Below, in pieces: positions 12,450-24,915 of a stretch of 64,000 nt of DNA. This stretch comes from Octopus vulgaris (Eukaryota): NCBI GenBank assembly GCA_951406725.2, contig OX597834.1, forward strand, positions 20,398,001 to 20,462,000, in the 5' to 3' direction. How positions within the stretch are numbered: position 1 is the first letter of the stretch; every line of letters starts with the position of its first letter. The position numbers and the translations under genes were made by a program. The notes beneath the pieces were generated by a model. That model searched no databases, was not told where the DNA came from, and worked only from the letters and a program-made list of their open reading frames with translations.

Positions 12450-12785
12450 CTGTGCCGCCTAGACTGGCTTCCGTGCTGGTGGCACGTAAAAATCACCATC
12501 CGAACGTGGCCGATGCCAGCGCCGCCTTGACCGGCTTCCATGCTGGTGGCACGTAAAAAGCACCAATCTGATCATGGCTGTTGCCAGCTTCGCCTGGCAC
12601 GTAAAAAGCACCCATGACACTCACAGAGTGGTTGGCGTTAGGAAGGCCATCCATCTGTAGAAACACTGCCAGATCAGACTGGAGCCTGGTGCAGCCTTCT
12701 GGCTTCCCAGATACCCGGTCGAACCGTCCAACCCATGCTAGCATGGAGAACGGACGTTAAACAATGATGATGATGATGATGATGT
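12450..12785 (+). mobile_element. Repeat family C with three GGCACGTAAAAA(G/T)CACC units
   Basis: Close match to 3893-4192; (GAT)n tail. Confidence 0.88.
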
Positions 12786-12844
12786 ACCCCATAATGGCTG
12801 CAGTGTAATCACTGAACCAAGAAGAAGATGAAAGAAAAGGTAAA

Positions 12845-13180
12845 AGTGACTGTGTGGTCAGTAGCTTGCTTCCCAACCACATGGTTCCTGGTTCACGACC
12901 AAAGCCTTTTGAGTGGATTTGATAGATGGAAACTGAAAGAAGCTCGTCGTATATATAAATGTGTGTGTGTGTGTGTTTGTGTCTGTCCTCCCATCATTGC
13001 TTAGGAACGGGTATTGGTTTGTTTACATCCCTGTAACTTAGTGGTATGGCAAAGCAACCAATGGAATAAGTACTAGGCTTAAAAAGAAGTCTGAGGGTCA
13101 AACTGTCTGATTAAAATGCTTCAAGGCGGTGCTCCGGCATGGCCACAGTTAAATGACCGAAACAAGTAAAAGAATAAAAA
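12845..13180 (+). mobile_element. SINE family A, internally deleted
   Basis: Head and tail motifs as in 2466-2864. Confidence 0.8.
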
Positions 13181-13904
13181 TATATACACACACACACATA
13201 TATATGTGTGTATATATGTATGTAAACACTCACACACACATATCCATAAATAGTTATACATACATACATCATGCACATACACACACATGAACACGCATAC
13301 ACGTACGTACATACACAAAATATGTGTATATATATTTAGTCACGTGTTTGTGAAGTACATGTATATATATATATTCATACACGTATACACACACATATGC
13401 ATCAGTGTGTGTGTGTGTACACACAAAATTTGAAGAATTGCAACATCTGTTTGTATGCGAGTGCTGCAGGAAAAATTTTTGATTTTATGAGAAAAGTCTT
13501 CGAATGTAAAAAGAATTCGATACAACCCCTTATCAGAGTGATGAGGGATGTAGGAGGAGGAGGAGGGTCAGTGCTTGCTATGAATTATTATTATCCCACT
13601 CGTAACGAGGAATAATGATTTAACAATCTCCAAGCAAAAACATAATTGCTAAAAACTAATTGGAAAATATGCTGTTGTTATTAGAACAGATTAATGAAAA
13701 TATCTCAGTTGTTTGGGTTTTATTGGGGGTTTTTGTTTGTTTTTTCTTCTTTTGGTAGTTTAATGTGTAGAAGAGTTGGTTCCTAGAATATTGAACAAAC
13801 AGAACAGAATTACAAGAAGAATATATATGTGTGTGTGTGTGTCTGTGTGTATACATACATATATATAGATATTTATATATACATACATATACATATATAT
13901 ATCA

Positions 13905-14110
13905 TCATCATCATCATCATCATTTAACGTCCGTTTTCCGCGCTAGCACGGGTTGGACGGTTCGACCAGGGTCTGGGAAGCCAGGGGCTGCTCCAGGCTC
14001 CAGTCTGATCTGGCAGAGTTTCTATGGCTGGATGCCCTTCCTAACACCAACCACTCCGCGAGTGTAGTGGGTGCTTTTTACGTGCCACCTGCACAGGTGC
14101 CAGGGGGGGG
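13905..14110 (-). mobile_element. Repeat family C
   Basis: Reverse complement of the family C 3' portion. Confidence 0.88.
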
Positions 14111-14145
14111 GGTCCGGCATCGGCACATACATTCATACATGTGTG

Positions 14146-14194
<49 letters not shown>

Positions 14195-14214
14195 GAAATT
14201 GTAGTTTTGATTCT

Positions 14215-14462
14215 CGTGCCGGTGGCACGTAAAAAGCCCCAACCAATCATGGTCATTGCCAGCCCGCTCTGGCCCCTATGCCAGTTACACATAAAAAGCA
14301 CACACTACTCTCTGAGTGGTTGGCATTAGGAAGGCCATCCAGCTGTAGAAACACTGCCCCATCAGACTGGAGCCTAGTGCAGCCTCCTGGCTTCCCAGAC
14401 CCCAGTCGAACTGTCCAACCCATGCCAGCATGGAAAATGGACGTTAAACGATGATGATGGTG
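14215..14462 (+). mobile_element. Repeat family C
   Basis: cgtgccggtggcacgtaaaaagc...ggacgttaaacgatgatg. Confidence 0.88.
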
Positions 14463-14779
14463 ATACATACACATGCATATATATATATATATATATATAT
14501 GTGTGTATGTGTGTGTGTGTGTGTAATGTAATAGAGTATAACAATATACAAATATTGTTTAGTAAATTATGATATAACAAAAGCTGGTTGAATAAACACA
14601 ACTAGTAGTCATGATAATAAGGATTTCCTTTATTTACCAGAGGGGCCATCAGTTGAGAAGGACATTAAAAAAGAGAGCATAGAAATTTTTGTGGCTGAGT
14701 TACATGAGAGATGAAGCGATGAAAGGGAACGGAGGGGGAAATGAAATAAAAGTAGATAGCATATTAATAAAAATAATGC

Positions 14780-15210
14780 TCCTTCTTACTCTAGGCACAA
14801 GGCTTGTAGTTTTGTGGGAGAGGGTGATTCGATTACATGAAACCCAGTGCTTAACTGGTACTTATTTTATCGACCCCTTGAAGGATGAAAATCAAATTTG
14901 ATCTTGGCTGAGTTTGAGCTCAGAACTATAAAGCCATGGTAGGTATTCCATCAAGTTACCGCCTTCTATAGTGATAATACTAAGAGGAAGAACAAAAGTA
15001 AAATAAATTGACAGAAATGTATAATGATGATAATAACGGTTTCTGATTTTGGTACAAGGCCAGCAATTTTGAGGAGGAGCGGTGGGGGGCTAAGTCGATC
15101 ACATTGTCCACTGGTGCTCAGCTGCTACTTTTGACCTTGAAAGAATAAATAGCACAGAATTTGAACTCAGTACTTAAAGATCCAGAGGATATACTGCTAA
15201 GCATTTTGTC
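14780..15210 (-). mobile_element. Two degenerate SINE family B copies
   Basis: ggcacaaggc..., actggtacttattttatcgacccc..aaggatgaaa, tttgaactcag motifs. Confidence 0.7.
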
Positions 15211-15554
15211 TTTTCTTTAGAGTACTGATGATTCCTATTATGTGTGTGTGTGTGTGTGTGTGTGTTTGTATGTATGTATATATATATATATATATAAAGA
15301 ATATGCGAAGGTGCATATAAAATAAGCAAACATAAATAATCGGATAATTAGATATATTAAACCTATTTTTAACACTAAATTGTTGTTGTTGTAATAGTAG
15401 TAGTAATAGTAGTAGTAAGACAACATAATCATATTTATAGAGAGTGTTATTGGAAATAAATTACAGAAACGAAAATGAAAATAAAAATCTAAAAATTGCT
15501 ATTCTTCTGACGTAATACGAAACGAAAAGAAATGCTTGCACTACAGCAGAAAAA

Positions 15555-15595
<41 letters not shown>

Positions 15596-15765
15596 TGCAC
15601 ACACATACACACACACACACACATATATAATATATACACACATACGCATATATATATACATATACATACGCATACATACATATATATACATACACTCACA
15701 TATATATATATATACACATACATATATATATATATATAAACATGCATGCATACATACATACATAC

Positions 15766-15798
<33 letters not shown>

Positions 15799-16380
15799 TA
15801 TATATATATATATATATATACATATACACACACACATACATACATACATACATACATATAATGTATGTATGTATATTCAATGTGATGAATAAAAACCATA
15901 AATGAAACACAAAATATTTCTCTAATTGTATTGATTAGTATAGAATCATTTTTATTTTATTTGCTTATTCGAAGTGAGGAGAATTAGTGGTTTTTTTCGG
16001 TAATAAATATTATTCTTTTTGTTTTTAATTATGTTTTTTTTTAGAATGTTACTGGTTCTTTTTTGTTGTTGTTCTTGTTCTTGTTTAATTTTCTACGTTT
16101 TCTTTCTGTTTTTTTTTTTTGTGTTTGTTTTGTTGTTACTCTAAGTATAACACAAACCTTTGCAAAAATTATCGCTTGTCGAAAACTCTTGTTTCTTCTG
16201 GGAATCTTTCGCAGTTATTTTTCCGTAAACATTTTTCCTTTAATTAATCTCCACACGTATCCATACATTCATGCATACGCAATTACTTAGGCATCTGTGT
16301 GTGTGCATATACAGGTACATTAACTTATGTATAAATGCATTATTTAACCTGCATCTGTGTGTGTGTGTGTGTGTGTGTAT

Positions 16381-16440
16381 ATGAAACTGGCCTTCAGCGA
16401 ATATTGTTTTGCTGGAAATAGTTAGAAACCATGGTCTGGG
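16381..16440 (+). ncRNA. 5'-truncated hammerhead-like motif
   Basis: ATGA-aact...agtt-a-GAAA-ccatgg-TC; palindromic stem III ACCATGGT; inner hairpin ttcagcgaa/tttgctgga; the CTG start is replaced by microsatellite. Confidence 0.5.
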
Positions 16441-16712
16441 AAATAATTGAGATGGTAAACGTTTTTAATTTTCATTCCTTTCGAGAATTTATTCTTATTT
16501 GTTGGTTTAAGTTTTCTACTGCTCTTTCTAGCACAAGGCGTTCCTATTTGAAAGCCTCTTATTGTATTTCTATGTATGTATATATATATATATATATATA
16601 TACTTTATTTAAAGCATATTACTCTACCACTGGTATTTGAGTACTCTTTTCTCCAGCTTGTTTCACATTTATGTGTTTACTCTGGTATATATATATATAT
16701 ATATATATGACT

Positions 16713-17125
16713 AGTGTGTCAGAAGATTAGGAGAAAGCTTAGAAGGAATGATTCTGTGGAAAATGAAAGAGTGTTGCTTCTTGTGTGTGTTCTTTGTGGG
16801 AGGAAATGCTTGAGCCATGCAGACCTGGTCAGCCCTCAGAGAACTCATAGGAATCGAACCATGGTAAATTGTGATAGGGTTATTGTTCACCACACAACAT
16901 GTGCAACCTGTGGAAAGTTGTGCCTCTCAGTTGGAGGACTGAAAAGGTATGTCAAAAGAGTTCATACTGTGGCACCTGGTCCTTCTGCCAGCGAGCACAG
17001 CCGTGCATTATCTTTGGCTGGGGCTCAAAAGTCATACAAGGGCCTCACATTCCATCATCAATAACTCATTTCAATGATTCTTTCTAGCATTGCTCGTATA
17101 TCCAAGAAAGATGCGAAGAGATGTA
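16713..17125 (+). mobile_element. LINE (probably RTE) C-terminal C2H2 zinc-finger region, truncated 3' end
   Basis: CVLCGRKCLSHADLVSPQRTH and CATCGKLCLSVGGLKRYVKRVH: degenerate C..CGR.C.S..GL.SH.R.H fingers lacking TGEKP linkers; followed by a (TATG)n tail. Confidence 0.65.
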
Positions 17126-17129
17126 TGTA

Positions 17130-17168
<39 letters not shown>

Positions 17169-17169
17169 A

Positions 17170-17356
17170 GGGAGAGTTTACGAAATTAACCAAAGACGAA
17201 GACAGGTGGTGTACAAAACAAACAGATGTATTAGTATAATGCTCAGGAATAGAAAAAGTCTTTTACGTTTCGAGCCTACGCTCTTCTACAGAAAGGGACA
17301 CAGAAAAAACAAGGAAAGAAAAAAATGTATGTAGTGGCTAATGATCTATCATGGCG
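17170..17356 (-). mobile_element. Second copy of the ~190-bp hammerhead-containing element
   Basis: Colinear reverse complement of 4757-4955. Confidence 0.75.
17260..17295 (-). ncRNA. Minimal type I hammerhead-like ribozyme, A6U core variant
   Basis: cttt-CTGTAGA-A-gagc(gtag)gctc-GAAA-cg-TA-aaag. Confidence 0.65.
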
Positions 17357-17360
17357 ACTA

Positions 17361-17400
<40 letters not shown>

Positions 17401-17992
17401 TAGTGTGTGTGTGTGTGTATACACACACACACATATATATATATAGGGTCTTACAACAAAAATCAAATTAATAAAATCTATTTCAAAGGTTGTGATCTCA
17501 TTTGGGAAAGGAAATAATAGATATTTTATCCAATTCCCAAGATATGTGTGTCTGTGGTGTGTGTATGTGTGTGTGTGTGTGTGTGTGTATGTGTGTGTGT
17601 GTGTGTGTGTGTGTTAGATATTATAAGGAGAAAATATTGTAAAAAAAGTGTCTTCCAGTAGAATTACATTTTGTCACTTAATAGGAAGAGGTTTGTTGAA
17701 TTTCTTGTCGTGTTTCACCTCTCTTCATTCCTCTCTCCCTCATCCCTCTCTTTCTCTGTGTATATCTCTTTCCATCTCTCCCTCTCTCTCTTTCACAATA
17801 TCTTTTAATTGCTTCAGCCATTAGAGTGCGGCCATACTGGGGCACTGCTTCGAATGGTTTTAGTTGAACGAATCAACTCCAGGATTTACTTTTTAAAGCC
17901 CGGTATTTATTCTATCGATCTCTCATGTTGAACTGCTAAGTTACAGGGATGTAAACACACCAACACCGGTTGTCGAGCGGTAATGAAGGAAC

Positions 17993-18228
17993 AAAGGCGG
18001 CGAGCTGGCAGAAACGTTAGCACGCCGGGCGAAATGCGTAGCCGTATTTCGTCTGCCATTACGTTCTGGGTTCAAATTCCACCGAGGTCGACTTTGCCTT
18101 TCATCCTTTCGGGGTCGATAAATTAAGTACCAGTTACGCACTGGGGTCAATGTAATTGACTTAATCCGTTTGTCTGGCCTTGTTTGTCCTCTCTGTGTTT
18201 AGCCCCTTGTGGGTAGTAAAGAAATAGG
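17993..18228 (+). mobile_element. tRNA-derived SINE family B with 17-bp TSD, inserted in a SINE A remnant
   Basis: Head GGCGAGCTGGCAGAAACGTTAG..GTTCAAATTCC, central GCCTTTCATCCTTTCGGGGTCGATAAATTAAGTACCAG; TSD ggtaatga(a/g)ggaacaaa at 17979-17995 and 18227-18243. Confidence 0.9.
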
Positions 18229-18844
18229 TAATGAGGGAACAAATACTGACATAACTTAATAACCTAAATGTCCTTATCAAGTCTTTCCTAACTATTTGTC
18301 TTTCCTCACTACTTTAGCTTATATATATCATCATTGTTTAATGTCCCCTTTCCATGCTGGCATGGGTTGGACGGTTTTACTAAGGACTGGCAAGCCAGGA
18401 GGCTACACTAAGCTCCCTAAAACGTCTACCTCAGTTATCTCCATCTGACCCATTCAGGCATAGAAAAGTGGACGTTAAAATGATGATGACGATGATGATG
18501 ATGATGATGGTATATTTTTGATGAGTTATATACTTCTTAAAAGTTTGAACATATAAACGAGTATGGCTAATGTTGTTATTGCTGACTAAACATATGTAAA
18601 GGTTTTAAATTTTTGAAGAAACTTTCTTTCTCGCGTGTATGCAAATACACACAGATACAAACATCCATGTATTATATTCACAAATACATACACAGACATG
18701 GATACACCCGTTCAAATGTATATGTATACATACATACATAAATAAATACGGACGTAAGCAGACACAGATACACATAAACATATGAACACACATCAGCCAT
18801 TTCTGATTCTAATCCAGAAACGTATGTCCATAATTGACCGTGGA

Positions 18845-19261
18845 CTCTCTCTCTCTTTTACTCTTTTACTTGTTTCAGTCATTTGACTGTGGCCATGCTG
18901 GAGCACCACCTTTAGTCGATCAAATCGACCCCGGGACTTATTCTTTGTAAACCCAGTACTTATTCTATCGGTCTCTTTTGCTGAACCGCTAAGTGACGGG
19001 GACATAAACACACCAGCATTGGTTGTCAAGCAAGGCGAGGGGGACAAACACAGACACACAAACACACACATGCATATATATATATATATATACATATATA
19101 CTACAGGCTTCTTTCAGTTTCCGTCTACCAAATCCACTCACAAGGCATTGGTCGGCCCGGGGCGATAGCAGAAGACACTTGCCCAAGATGCCACGCAGTG
19201 GGACTGAACCCGGAACCGTGTGGTTGGTTAGCAAGCTACTTACCACACAGCCACTCCTGCC
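18845..19261 (-). mobile_element. SINE family A, full length
   Basis: Near-identical to 2466-2864. Confidence 0.9.
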
Positions 19262-19508
19262 ACATAATGAGTTACAAATACTGTTGTCTGTGGAGACATA
19301 TTTTTGTAGTAAAAGGAAATGACAGTCATCTGGCTGCTATTTCTAATACTTTTGGTATGTGGTCTAGCAACTTGTTGCAAAGACCCTCATTGTTATAATT
19401 ATATTAACTCTTACCGAATATGGTCCTTTTCCATGCCGAAACACTACTTGGTGAAATTCGTTGATTTTATTAAATTAATTATATTTCACCTTTTATCTGT
19501 ATATACAC

Positions 19509-19561
<53 letters not shown>

Positions 19562-20099
19562 TACATACAGACCTAAATACCTACATAAGCAGATGTGCAC
19601 ACGCATATAGTAAAGTGACATATATGAAAACATGTTTGCTTCTAATATCTGTCGAGTATGAACTAAAGAATTATAGGTGTAAGTTTAAGGGAAAAAACCT
19701 CGTTACCCAAAGCTAACACTACATGGATCAACGAGCTTACTGGTTGTGGAGTCTTTTAAATAATTTCTCATCTAAAGGCAGACATATTTTATTATTGAAA
19801 TGGCTGCAGTGAGAGAAGGAAGGAGAAGAGAGCAGAGAGGGAGTTTATTTCTAATTATGATATTAACACATTTAATGTTTGCAACACAACATTTCTCTGC
19901 GATATTGTAAATGAAAATTGATGAAAAGATAAAAGTAAAGGAATAAGTAAATAAAAATTCAGTGAATTTCAAAGGAAATCTTTGTAACTGTGCGGAGAAA
20001 TTATTTGTAAACATATGTCTGGCAGCCTTGTTTTATGTAACAGAAATTTCAGATACTTCACAGAAATCATTTACTTAACAAAAATTGTAGCAACAACTA

Positions 20100-20181
20100 A
20101 ATAATATAAATAACAATAATGATAATAATAATAATGATGATAATATTAATAATAATAATGATAATAATAATAATTAGATTG

Positions 20182-20225
<44 letters not shown>

Positions 20226-20319
20226 TATAATGATAATAATAATAATAATAATAACAATAATAATAATAATTATAATGATAATAATAATAATAATTATAAT
20301 AATAATAATAATAATAATA
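20100..20319. repeat. (TAA)n microsatellite
   Basis: Direct reading. Confidence 0.95.
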
Positions 20320-20760
20320 CAGGTGTTAGAGCATAACAGACCAGGCCTAGTGGTGGTTGCTAAGAGGTACCACATATGCTATATAGTTGATGTCATATGC
20401 CCCTTTGACCCATGAACAGTCAAGAAGGAAGGCAAAAAGATAGTAGATAGATACATCCCTCTCAAGTACAAAATAGCTCAGCTATGGACAATGAAGAAGG
20501 TGAGGATAGTACCAATTATTGTTGGGTCTTTGGGAACAGTATCAGAAGGCATTAAGAGGAATATAAAGGAAATTGGAATAGAGTGTCCAGTAGAACTGTT
20601 ACAAAAGGTTTGCCTCCTTGGCATGGCCAGAATAATCAGGAAAGTATTTGATAACTGAAAAGAATGGATAGCATGGTACCATAGGCTGCAGGTAGTTAGT
20701 CTGCTATGCTTGCAAGACTCTAGCAGCTCGAAAAAAGCCTGTGATAAAGAAAAAATAATA
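20320..20760 (+). mobile_element. R4/Dong-like non-LTR retrotransposon 3' end (restriction-like endonuclease)
   Basis: HNRP(G)LVVV...CYIVDVICPFD..K..K...RY.PLKY.IAQLW..KKV.IVPIIVGSLG.V...LLQK.CLLG.ARIIRKVF*; one internal TGA; flanked by TAA repeats. Confidence 0.88.
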
Positions 20761-20761
20761 A

Positions 20762-21560
20762 ACCTTTCTACTTAAGGCACAAGGCATGAAATTGTGGGGG
20801 ATGGGGCTAGTTGATTAGATTGACCCCAGTATATAACTGGTACTTATTTTATCAACCCCGAAAAGATGAAAGGCAAAGTTGACCTCGGTTGAGTTTGAAG
20901 TCAGAATGTAGCGGCAGATGAAATACTGCTAAACATTTTGCCTGGTGTGGTAATGAATCTGCAAGTTCACTGCCTTAATAATACTGCTGAGACCCCCTTC
21001 GGTCATGACTGACCATGGGATTGCACCTAGAAAGTTACCATCCCAGGCACAAGTCCGGGCAAGTCTGTGAAGGAATTTGAACTCAGAAGGTAAAAGATGA
21101 AATGCCACTGATCAGTTTACCTGGCATGCTAACGATTCTGCCAGCTCACAACCTTAATAATAATCTTTTCTACTAAAGGCACAAGGCCCAAAATTTGCAG
21201 GGAGGGGACCAGTGTTTCACTGGTAGTTAATTTATCAACCCTGAAAGGATGATAGGCAAAGTTGACCTCGGCAGAATCTGAATAATAATAATGATGATGA
21301 TGTTGATGATGAAAATGATAATAATGGCAATAATAATAATAATCCTTTCTACTAAAGGCACAAGGCCTGAAATTTGATGGGAGGGGACTAATCAATTACA
21401 TTGATCCCCAGTATTTCACTGGTACTTAACTTATTAACCCCGCAAAAGAAAGAAAGGCTAAGTCAACCTCGGCAGAGTTTGAGCTCAGAACTCAGACGGA
21501 TGAAATATTACCAAACATTTTTCCAGGCAAACTAATGTTTCTGCCAGCTCACCACCTTAA
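20762..21560 (-). mobile_element. Cluster of 3-4 SINE B copies plus a SINE D tail (20990-21065), separated by TAA runs
   Basis: Repeated ctttctactaaaggcacaaggc...aaagttgacctcgg...ctgccagctcaccacctt. Confidence 0.85.
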
Positions 21561-21612
21561 TAATAATAATAATAATGATAATAATAATAATAATAATAAC
21601 AATTATAATAAA

Positions 21613-21647
<35 letters not shown>

Positions 21648-21735
21648 TAATAATAATAATAATAAAAAAAATAATAACAACAACAACGACAATACTAACA
21701 ACAATAATAATGATAATAATAATAACAATAATGTT
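21558..21735. repeat. (AAT)n/(AAC)n microsatellite
   Basis: Direct reading. Confidence 0.95.
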
Positions 21736-22013
21736 AATATACGTATGTAAAGAAATAAATAGAAAATGCATGGTGTCAAAGAAATAAAAACAAAAGGAAG
21801 AATTCAATTAACTTCAAATATTTGCCAACAAACCAAAATACGAAGCTCATAAAAGAGTTTTTTGATCTCTGGTTTGGATGATTCCAAGATATCTCTCCTC
21901 TGTCTTATCACTTCCTTTGTGTAAACTATCTTTCTTCAGCTAATGTAGCCTTTGATATCAAGTTGGCCTTGCAGATAAAATACGACAGTTGCTCAACACG
22001 GATAAATACACAC

Positions 22014-22052
<39 letters not shown>

Positions 22053-22157
22053 GCAGTAGTGTGATGTATGTCTGAGGAATCTTGAGCTAAATATGTTTGG
22101 TTACGTACGTGATCAATATGAGGCTTTATTTTGGGATTATTTATATATAAATAAAGA

Positions 22158-22822
22158 TAGGCGCAGGTGTGGCTGTTTGGTAAGAAGCTTGCTTCCTAAC
22201 CTCATGGTTCTAGGTTCAGTCCCATTGCGGGTCACATTCAGCAAGTGTCTTCTACTATAGCCACAGGCTGATGAACGCCTGGTGAGTGGATTTCATTGAT
22301 GGAAACTGAAAGAAGCCTCTTCTATATATGTATATATGTGTGTGTGTGTGTGTACATGTATCATTGCATATCTGTATTCTGAGTATCTGTTTTACCATTT
22401 ATTTTCTTGTTCTTATTGGATAGAGTGGCTGTGTGGTAAGTAGCTTGTTTACCAACCACATGGTACCGGGTTCAGTCCCATTGCGTGGCACCTTGGGTAA
22501 GTATCTTCTACTTTAGCCTCGGGCCGACCAAAGCCTAGTGAGTGGATTTGGTTGACGGAAACTGAAAGAAGCCCGTCGTATTTATGTATATATAGATGTG
22601 TGTGTGTGTGTATGTTTGTGTTTGTTCCCCTAGCATTGCTTGACAACCAATGCTGGTGTGTTTATGTCCCCGTCACTTAGCATTTCGGCAAAAAAGACCG
22701 ATAGAATAAGTACTGGGCTTACAAAGAATAAGTCCCAGGGTCGAGTTGCTCGATTAAAGGTGGTGCTCCAGCATGGCCGCATTCAAATGACTGAAACAAT
22801 TAAAAGAGAAAAAAGAGAGTAA
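22158..22822 (+). mobile_element. SINE A head (22158-22320) and full SINE A (22423-22822)
   Basis: Family A motifs. Confidence 0.88.
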
Positions 22823-22887
22823 AGATAGTATGGGAAGAATGTTTTTTATATATCAATATTATTATTATAACTTTGTAGTTATGTATA

Positions 22888-23022
22888 TCCTCTGACGAGG
22901 CCTTTCGTTATTTAAACAGACAAATATAATCTTTAATGCCTCCTAAGACTATACTACAATGGCATATATGAGCAATGTAAGTTGGATTGTCTCTTGACCA
23001 TAGGCTGAAACAGCTGTAAGGA
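22888..23022 (+). ncRNA. Type I hammerhead ribozyme with a 98-nt insertion in stem II
   Basis: tcct-CTGACGA-ggcct[22904-23001]aggct-GAAA-cagctg-TA-agga; full core; stem III palindrome ACAGCTGT. Confidence 0.75.
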
Positions 23023-23184
23023 GCAGTTTATTTGTATTATTTTTATTTTATTATTAATTTGCATATTGATGTATATTATTTTGTTTGATTTTCATGTTCC
23101 TATTTGTATAATTAATAAATAATATGAAATTGTAATATCCGTAAGTTGATGATCGAAATGAATTTGTTCCTCCATTTTCTTATT

Positions 23185-23238
<54 letters not shown>

Positions 23239-23249
23239 TGTATATGTAT

Positions 23250-23745
23250 CATCATCATCATCATCATCATCGCTTAATGTCTGTTTTCCATGCTAGCATG
23301 GGTTGGACGGTTCGAGTGGGGTCTGGGAAGCCAGGAGGCTGCACCAGGCTCCAGTCTGATCTGGCAGTGTTTCTACAGCTGGATGCCCTTCCTAACGCCA
23401 ACCACTCCGTGAGTGTAGTGGGTGCTTTTCATGTGCCACCAGCATGGGTATCACAACTATGTACATATATAATTTTGATATATATTTAAATACATACAGA
23501 TATCTTTCATAATGTATATACACATCATATCTATATATTTATATACATTCATCATCATGATCCTCATCATTTAACGTCCACCTTCCATGCTGGCATGGGT
23601 GGGATGGTTTGACAGGAGCCAGCCAGGCAGAAGCCTGTACCAAATTTCTTTGACTGTTTTGGCAGGGTTTTTAGAGCTGGATGCCCTTCCTAACACCAAT
23701 CACTCAGCAGAGTGGACTTGGTGCCTTCTATGTGGCACAAGGACA
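23250..23745 (-). mobile_element. Two repeat family C copies (23250-23448, 23560-23745)
   Basis: Family C motifs after (CAT)n. Confidence 0.82.
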
Positions 23746-23869
23746 GGCGAGCTCAGTTTTGGCATAACTGTGTATGTGTGTGTGTGTGTGTGTGCAAACA
23801 CCCACACATAACACACACACACTCTCACACACACATACTCTCACACACACACGCACACACATGCACTCA

Positions 23870-23914
<45 letters not shown>

Positions 23915-24081
23915 CAGGTAAATGTTTTAGCCTCATGACCTTTCCTACATGTTTAAAATGCTTTTTGTATATGCAGATTCACCTAAACCCATGCAAGGAT
24001 TCAGATAGACAGAATGGGTGAGAAATAAAGGGTAGAAAGACAAAGAGAGAGAGAGAGAGTGGGGGGGAGAAGGAGAGGGAG

Positions 24082-24116
<35 letters not shown>

Positions 24117-24224
24117 CATACAGACAGACAGGGGATGGTGAAAGAAGTAAAGGGAAAAAGGAATTGAAGATTAAAAGAAAACGATATAGATATGCAAAGT
24201 CCCATGTATACATCTATGTGTATG

Positions 24225-24284
<60 letters not shown>

Positions 24285-24519
24285 TACCTGTGTATGCGTA
24301 CACATGCATATGTACATTAAAGGTATTAACTTATGCTGTCAGGTATTTAGAGTGCTTCAACACAAGGTTGCTATGGATTAAAATGATAATCTTCCCCATT
24401 GCTATGTAGTCTTAGCAGCAAAGCCCCTTGCTTAGATTCTGAAGTTGCCTGTCTCTATAGATAACATGGCTAAGTAATATTGCTTAATGGAGAGACGTAA
24501 TAATATACTTATGTATGTA

Positions 24520-24915
24520 TGTGATTGTGTGGTAAGAAGCTTGCTTCCCAACCAAATGGTTCTGGGTTCAGTCCCACCGTGTGGCTCCTTGGTCAAGTGG
24601 CGTCTACTATAGCCTCGGGCCAACCAATGTCTTGTGAGTGGATTTGATAGATGGAAACTGGAAGAAGCTTGTCATATATATATGTGTGTGTGTGTGTGTG
24701 TGTATGTGTGTGTGTGTGTGTGTATCTGTGTATGTGTCTTTGTATCTATGTTTGCCCCACCACCATCACCACTTGACCAATGGTATCGATGTGTTTACAT
24801 TCCTGTAACTTAGTGGTTTGGGGAAGAGAATAAGTACCAGGGGTCGATTTGTTCGACTGAAGCCCTTGAAGGCGGTGCACGAGCATGGCCACAGTCAATT
24901 GACTGAAACAAATAA
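24520..24915 (+). mobile_element. SINE family A
   Basis: Family A head, internal (TG)n, tail. Confidence 0.85.
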
